The notes beneath the pieces were generated by a model. That model saw only the letters and a list, made by a program, of their open reading frames with translations, did not search any database and had not been told where the DNA came from. Shown one piece after another: positions 35,522-40,029 of a stretch of 40,029 nucleotides of DNA (position 1 is the first letter of the stretch; each line of letters opens with the position of its first letter). The stretch is from positions 1 through 40,029 of IMG/VR virus record IMGVR_UViG_3300022666_000337. One strand, given 5' to 3'. Both the position numbers and the translations under genes were made by a program. The stretch is from a virus. Taxonomy: Duplodnaviria; Caudoviricetes.

Positions 35522-36342
35522 TGGCTGAGACCGAGAGCACCGGCTATCTTTACGGCGCAGACAGCAGCTCGACGCAGGTCCTGGTCGCCGGAAAAGGCTC
35601 TGCCGCCGCCGGGATCTCCGCGCTGGTCGCGGGTTCTTATGCCGGACACGAGTCCCGTTTCGGACTGATATCCGGGAGGCCGGAAACATCCCGGGATGCC
35701 GCGGCGGCCGGTCTGGCGCACTCCTCGGCAGCCGCCTTTTTTGTCGGGGGCGACCCCGACACCTTCGGCCTGGCTATCCCCCTGTCCGATCCGGTTCCGC
35801 TCCGGAACTCCACCGTGTGGGGGCAGTTCATCTCTCCGGTCCCGCTGCCGGTCGGCTACGGTCCGCTGACCATCACCCCCATACCCTATGACAACACCGG
35901 CCGGGTCTTCTTCCTGCTGGATCACGCGATCCAGGCAGTGGACGGGCTCTCACGGGATGGCGTGACCGATACCCAGTACACCCTGGAGAATACCGTCGAC
36001 CCCACCGGGCACGCCGTATCCCTGCTGCGTCTGGCCACCCCCGCCGCCGCGAAGGAGACGCTGGTGGTGACGGTCCGCGGCCGGATGCACCCGGAATTCG
36101 GCGAACTGCTCGAGAACCCCGCCGATATCGTCTGGGACCTGCTGGCCAACGTCTGCGGCCTGCCCGTGGCCTACTGCGATCTGGACGCCTTCCGGGCCGA
36201 ATGCCGGGATTGCGGCATCAAATTGCGAGGGCTGCTGGAGAGCGACACCATCACTATCCGCGCCCAGATCGATGAGATCCTGGCGAGCTGCGGCGGCGTC
36301 TGGAGCGGCGGCATGCCGGGCATAGCGAGGTTGTATCCCTGA
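35521..36342 (+). CDS. Tail tip/hub-like protein, N-terminal part
   Basis: PLPVGYG, FLLDHAI, ENPADIVWDLL, I.EIL.S.GG.W. Confidence 0.65.
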   Translation: MAETESTGYLYGADSSSTQVLVAGKGSAAAGISALVAGSYAGHESRFGLISGRPETSRDAAAAGLAHSSAAAFFVGGDPDTFGLAIPLSDPVPLRNSTVWGQFISPVPLPVGYGPLTITPIPYDNTGRVFFLLDHAIQAVDGLSRDGVTDTQYTLENTVDPTGHAVSLLRLATPAAAKETLVVTVRGRMHPEFGELLENPADIVWDLLANVCGLPVAYCDLDAFRAECRDCGIKLRGLLESDTITIRAQIDEILASCGGVWSGGMPGIARLYP

Positions 36343-36354
36343 TAAGGAGAGGTT

Positions 36355-37182
36355 ATGGAACGAGCGATTTTAATAGCTGATCAATCGGGAGGGAAACCGG
36401 TGTCCGTCCGTGACGCCCGGGAAGTGAGCGAGGAAACGTCAGAGGATCGGGTGATCCAGTTGGTCTCCCTCGTGGCGAGACCATGCGACAGCGGGATACC
36501 GCTGCGGGTCTCAGATGCCTATGCCGCCGACCCGGTGTCGGGCCTGGACGAACATGGCCCCGCTGTCGGCGGAGATGCGGACAACTATTTATCGACGTTC
36601 CAGGTGTGGGGCGCCGGAGTCCATCGGGCAAACTTCCCTGCCGGCCTTTGGTGGTGGGGGGTGGAGTACGACGGCACGCAGACAATCGTCAGAATTTATC
36701 CTTTGGACCCTACCGGCGGTAGTGTGGCGCCTATCTCTCAGGGGAGCCTGACCGGCCGAGGGGGCAGGGTAAATCTCAGCGAGGTAGGCGGCTCCGGTGT
36801 GTACGCCTCAGTAGATGTCGCGAGCACGGTGGTTACCGACGACGAGGACGCAGCCAATACCCTGGCATTTTACGACTGGTATCTGGACCGCGTGTTTTTG
36901 GGGGACTGTTGCGGCCGGATAGGTCTATATCTGTTTGTGAGCGGTTTCACTGACTTTACCCATGCCGACATTACCCCTATTGTGTTGTCGCCCGAGGGGA
37001 ACGTGGTGACCAGATTGGAAACGAAGCGGTTTGAACGTGGTGCTGTGGATTTCGCGACACCCTGGGACTATATCCTATTACCGGTCCAATGGTGGGAAGT
37101 ACAGGGGATTCATTCTATTGCAGCGCACATCACCGAGATCGGCGGCGGCGGAGGTGTTTTACCGCAGATGATCAGGGGCTGA
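36355..37182 (+). CDS. Hypothetical tail-region protein
   Basis: 275 aa; TAAGGAG SD. Confidence 0.65.
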   Translation: MERAILIADQSGGKPVSVRDAREVSEETSEDRVIQLVSLVARPCDSGIPLRVSDAYAADPVSGLDEHGPAVGGDADNYLSTFQVWGAGVHRANFPAGLWWWGVEYDGTQTIVRIYPLDPTGGSVAPISQGSLTGRGGRVNLSEVGGSGVYASVDVASTVVTDDEDAANTLAFYDWYLDRVFLGDCCGRIGLYLFVSGFTDFTHADITPIVLSPEGNVVTRLETKRFERGAVDFATPWDYILLPVQWWEVQGIHSIAAHITEIGGGGGVLPQMIRG

Positions 37183-37185
37183 TGC

Positions 37186-38253
37186 ATGTTGTTACTTTTC
37201 GCATCCTCCCCGGCTGAATCGATCGTGATGCCGGAGATCTCCTGCCTGGTCTGCGCTGCCTTGGGTGTGCAAAATGATATTGCCGGTCTGGTGGCGGGGG
37301 CAGAGGGTACGGCCGTCAGTGGTGTTGTCCAGGGATCTTCCAGTTCAACAGCCTCTGGATTTGTCTCAGGTGTTACAGATGCAGCAGTGTTTCGCGGCGG
37401 GTTTGTCCAAGCGAGACAATCCATTGAGTCCTCGACTCCGGCGGTTTTCTCGGGTCGGCCGGAATCCTCTGTCCAAGGCATCTTCCGGGGCTGCAACCAA
37501 TGCTCGGCTTCCGCCCTATTGATCGGCGAGGAAGTTCTGTCTGAGCCGTTGTATGGGGCATTTACTGTTAAGAATATGTCGGACCCGGACATCTCGGCCT
37601 CCGGCGAAGATATCTATACAGTACTAAGCCTGCGCTTTGACTACGACTGGGCGACCGGGGAATTCAAGAAGGCCCTGCTCCTGGAAGCTCCGGGGCTGTT
37701 CAAGCACTACGGCAGGATCACCAGGACGCTGGAAGCGAAATGGCTGAAATCGCCCCGCCAGGCGTATCTCTTGGGCGAACGGCTGCTCGGGTACCTGGCC
37801 AGGCCCCGAGGGGCCATCTCATTCTCAACCGGGATCAGGGCCGCCTCGATCCCGCCCGGGGCCTGGGTGGACGTCAGCCATCCCTATGTCCCGGTTTCGG
37901 GCAGGATGCTGGTCATGAACAGCGAGCTCGACCCGTCGGCCGCCGAGGTCCGGTTGACCGTGGAGGCCATAGTTGGCGCCGAGCCGGAAATCGTGCTGGC
38001 AAAGCTGTCCGAAACCTACGCTCCCCAACTGCCCGACGGGATCAGTGTCACCTATGCCGCGGGTCACGCCACATTCACCATCTGTGATGAGGATGGCAAA
38101 CCGCTCCCGGGAGCGAAGGTCACGCTGGATGGAGGCTTGACCCTGTCGACAAACTCGTTCGGGACGGTGTCGTTTCCGACCGGCCGCGGCGCACACCACC
38201 TGAAGATCGAGGCGACCGGGTACATTACCCAGGAATTGGACGTGACCGTATGA
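37186..38253 (+). CDS. Tail tip/hub-like protein, C-terminal part with Ig-like (carboxypeptidase-regulatory-like) domain
   Basis: FDYDWA, YG....LEA.WL; C-terminal D.DGKPLPGAKVTL..TN..G..F..G.H.L.I.A.GY. Confidence 0.65.
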   Translation: MLLLFASSPAESIVMPEISCLVCAALGVQNDIAGLVAGAEGTAVSGVVQGSSSSTASGFVSGVTDAAVFRGGFVQARQSIESSTPAVFSGRPESSVQGIFRGCNQCSASALLIGEEVLSEPLYGAFTVKNMSDPDISASGEDIYTVLSLRFDYDWATGEFKKALLLEAPGLFKHYGRITRTLEAKWLKSPRQAYLLGERLLGYLARPRGAISFSTGIRAASIPPGAWVDVSHPYVPVSGRMLVMNSELDPSAAEVRLTVEAIVGAEPEIVLAKLSETYAPQLPDGISVTYAAGHATFTICDEDGKPLPGAKVTLDGGLTLSTNSFGTVSFPTGRGAHHLKIEATGYITQELDVTV

Positions 38254-38426
38254 AGCTGAAGAAGATCGTCGTTGACGGAGCTGAGAAGGCGTTCGGAATC
38301 CGCATGGTAAAAATGTCGTCACAGGCGGCTGAATCAACGCCGCCGTGTACACCGGATATAAAGGGGCTGTTTCTTCAGGATGATGAGCTGGAATGGACGG
38401 CCACGGACCTCACGGTGAGCGTATAA
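38250..38426 (+). CDS. Small hypothetical protein (58 aa, not in the ORF track)
   Basis: ATGA overlap; MKLKKIVVDGAEKAFG...; its stop is followed directly, in frame, by the next ATG. Confidence 0.45.
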   Translation: MKLKKIVVDGAEKAFGIRMVKMSSQAAESTPPCTPDIKGLFLQDDELEWTATDLTVSV

Positions 38427-38714
38427 ATGGTGACAAACCCTGCGAGATATTCCTTCATCCCTGTTCGGCTCGTAGGTGAGACCTGCAATCTGCCGGTCAC
38501 CTGGCGCACCGAATGGACACCGGAGCCGGCTGAAGGGAATGCGCCGATATTCTTCGGAGAGGGCCATTTAGGCATCATCGGATATGTCGTGTCGGGCGGT
38601 AGCCCTTGGGAGGTCTCCATCCAGCCCGGGACGCTCCGTGTCTGGGCCACGGTGGCCGGCAGAGAGTACGGGCCGGTGACGATTATCTTCACAGGTGGAG
38701 GCTATTATTCGTGA
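38427..38714 (+). CDS. Hypothetical protein (TCxLPVTWR...EYGPVT domain)
   Basis: The domain recurs at about 39025-39265. Confidence 0.6.
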   Translation: MVTNPARYSFIPVRLVGETCNLPVTWRTEWTPEPAEGNAPIFFGEGHLGIIGYVVSGGSPWEVSIQPGTLRVWATVAGREYGPVTIIFTGGGYYS

Positions 38715-38727
38715 GGTACGGGTACGG

Positions 38728-39265
38728 GTGAAAATCTCTTTTTGTGTCCAGACATACAACCGGCTTTGGCAACTGCGCCGGACTGTACCACACAATATTG
38801 CCACCCTCGCCTTGACAGGTCACGAGCTGATCATCCTGGATTGCGGCAGCGGCGACGGCACGGAGGAGTACCTGCGCAATGTCGCCGGATGCCGATATGT
38901 GCGGCATCCCATGCCTGTGTATCACATCCCCGCCGCCAAAAACGCGGCTCATGCCCTGGCGACTGGAGAGTATGTCTTCAATCTGGATGCCGACAACTTC
39001 GTTACCCCCGCGCTGATCGGCGCTACCTGCGACCTGCCGGTCACATGGCGCAGTGCCGGGACAGACCTCCCTTATACTGAAGGGTGGTGGCCCCCCCCAA
39101 ATGTTTGCAGACGGAACAACAGCCGTCGTCGGTTATCCGCTGGCCTGGGACTCCGACCGTGGCCCGCAATACAATTATGAGTGGCTTAAGAGAATGGTCA
39201 TACAGATCTGGGCAGAATGCAATGGCATCGAATACGGGCCGGTTACACTGACGTTCAACGGTTAG
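38728..39265 (+). CDS. GT2-family glycosyltransferase domain fused to a TCxLPVTWR domain, frameshifted at a C8 tract
   Basis: ISFCVQTYNR, IILDCGSGDGT, AKN.A...ATGEYVFNLDAD; as sequenced it stops at 39180; C7 at 39091-39098 would restore the frame to 39265. Confidence 0.7.
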
Positions 39266-39279
39266 GAGGATTCATTCAA

Positions 39280-40029
39280 TTGATCCCTAAATTCATCCAC
39301 CAGATCTGGCTGGGGGGGGCATTGCCGGACCAATATCAGGCATGGCGGGACCACCTCGTCGCTCTGCATCCAGGATGGGACGTTCGGCTCTGGACGGAGC
39401 AGAATCTACCGGACTATGACCGGATCATGGATCGTTACGATCTGCGAGGATATCACCCGACCATCGCCTCGGACCTGTTCCGTGTGCTGGTGGTGCTGCG
39501 TTATGGAGGCATCTACCTGGACTGCGACACGGAGCCTATAGCCTGTCTAGAGCCTCTCAGGGGACACTCAATCTTCTGCCGGTATGACGGCACTGCCCGG
39601 CAAATCGCGGGCCGGGAGCTGCGTATCAACAGCGGACACGGCGTCGGTGCTGCGCCGGGGAATCCGATACTTGCCGCCTTCCCGGCGCGATGCGACAGCT
39701 TGCGCCAGTCCCAGGAGAATATCCTGTACCGGGTCGGTTTCCTGGGGCTCTCAGAACACCTCTGGCATCATCGTGAATCGATCTCACTATTGCCCCAGGG
39801 GGAGGTGGAGCGGTATTACCGGCATGAGGCAAGAGGCGCATGGACACGGCCGGGTCAGGCATACCGGCCGATATTTACATCGACCCCGCTACAGGAGCCG
39901 TTCAAGAAAACCAAACCTCCTCCGGCACCGCGACCCTGGCCAACCGCCGAGGAGATGCTGCAAGCCAACCGAAGCACAGAAAACGATTGTTGCAGCAGAC
40001 CGTCGAACCTGGAATTGAGAAGGAAATAG
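39280..40029 (+). CDS. GT32 / DxD sugar-binding glycosyltransferase
   Basis: IPKFIHQIWLG, HPGW..LWTE, SDLFR...L.YGGIYLDCD; TTG start after AGGAGG. Confidence 0.85.
   Translation: MIPKFIHQIWLGGALPDQYQAWRDHLVALHPGWDVRLWTEQNLPDYDRIMDRYDLRGYHPTIASDLFRVLVVLRYGGIYLDCDTEPIACLEPLRGHSIFCRYDGTARQIAGRELRINSGHGVGAAPGNPILAAFPARCDSLRQSQENILYRVGFLGLSEHLWHHRESISLLPQGEVERYYRHEARGAWTRPGQAYRPIFTSTPLQEPFKKTKPPPAPRPWPTAEEMLQANRSTENDCCSRPSNLELRRK

Larger units (their letters stand above)
1..40029 (+). mobile_element. Mu-like transposable prophage/phage with non-contractile tail (ends and repressor not in window)
   Basis: Mu gene order ner-A-B-early-gemA-mor-lysis-terS/terL-portal-MuF-G-I-capsid-gp36-gp37-tail; no sheath or wedge baseplate gene recognised. 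Confidence 0.95.

Noticed and set aside
38424-38429. Stop-codon readthrough joining ORFs 38250 and 38427
   Set aside because: Direct stop-ATG junctions recur between clearly separate genes here (2710/2711, 9908/9909, 13425/13426, 27041/27042), so this junction alone is not evidence.
38427-39265. Diversity-generating retroelement TR/VR pair
   Set aside because: No reverse transcriptase in the window; the differences are extensive and not adenine-specific.
1-40029. Mu ends (TG...CA with transposase sites), repressor c, gin/G segment, mom, tail sheath
   Set aside because: Not recognisable; the window begins at ner and ends at a stop codon, so the ends lie outside it.

Overview
The window holds most of a Mu-like transposable (pro)phage, with nearly all genes on the + strand. 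Gene order: ner, DDE transposase A, ATPase B, a semi-essential early region, gemA, a Mor/C activator, lysis genes, terminase, portal, MuF, protease/scaffold, capsid, a non-contractile (siphovirus-like) tail, and two glycosyltransferases at the right edge. The repressor gene and the phage ends lie outside the window. Two small antisense transcription units stand out. (1) An 82-nt tRNA-like cloverleaf (18211-18292, - strand) with a near-consensus sigma70 promoter abuts the stop codon of a MuF protein with a putative BECR-fold nuclease tail and no immunity gene, making it a candidate tRNA-mimic RNA antitoxin. (2) A type I-E-like CRISPR repeat-spacer-repeat unit with a 61-nt period (3212-3300, - strand) has its own promoter and terminator and a low-complexity spacer, making it a candidate RNA anti-CRISPR decoy. 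Also present: two homopolymer tracts that break reading frames, a tetraloop-rich leader before the lysis genes, a shared late-promoter dyad, a capsid protein with a signal-peptide-like N-terminus, and several REP-like palindromes. All protein calls come from motif recognition and gene order; no database search was run.
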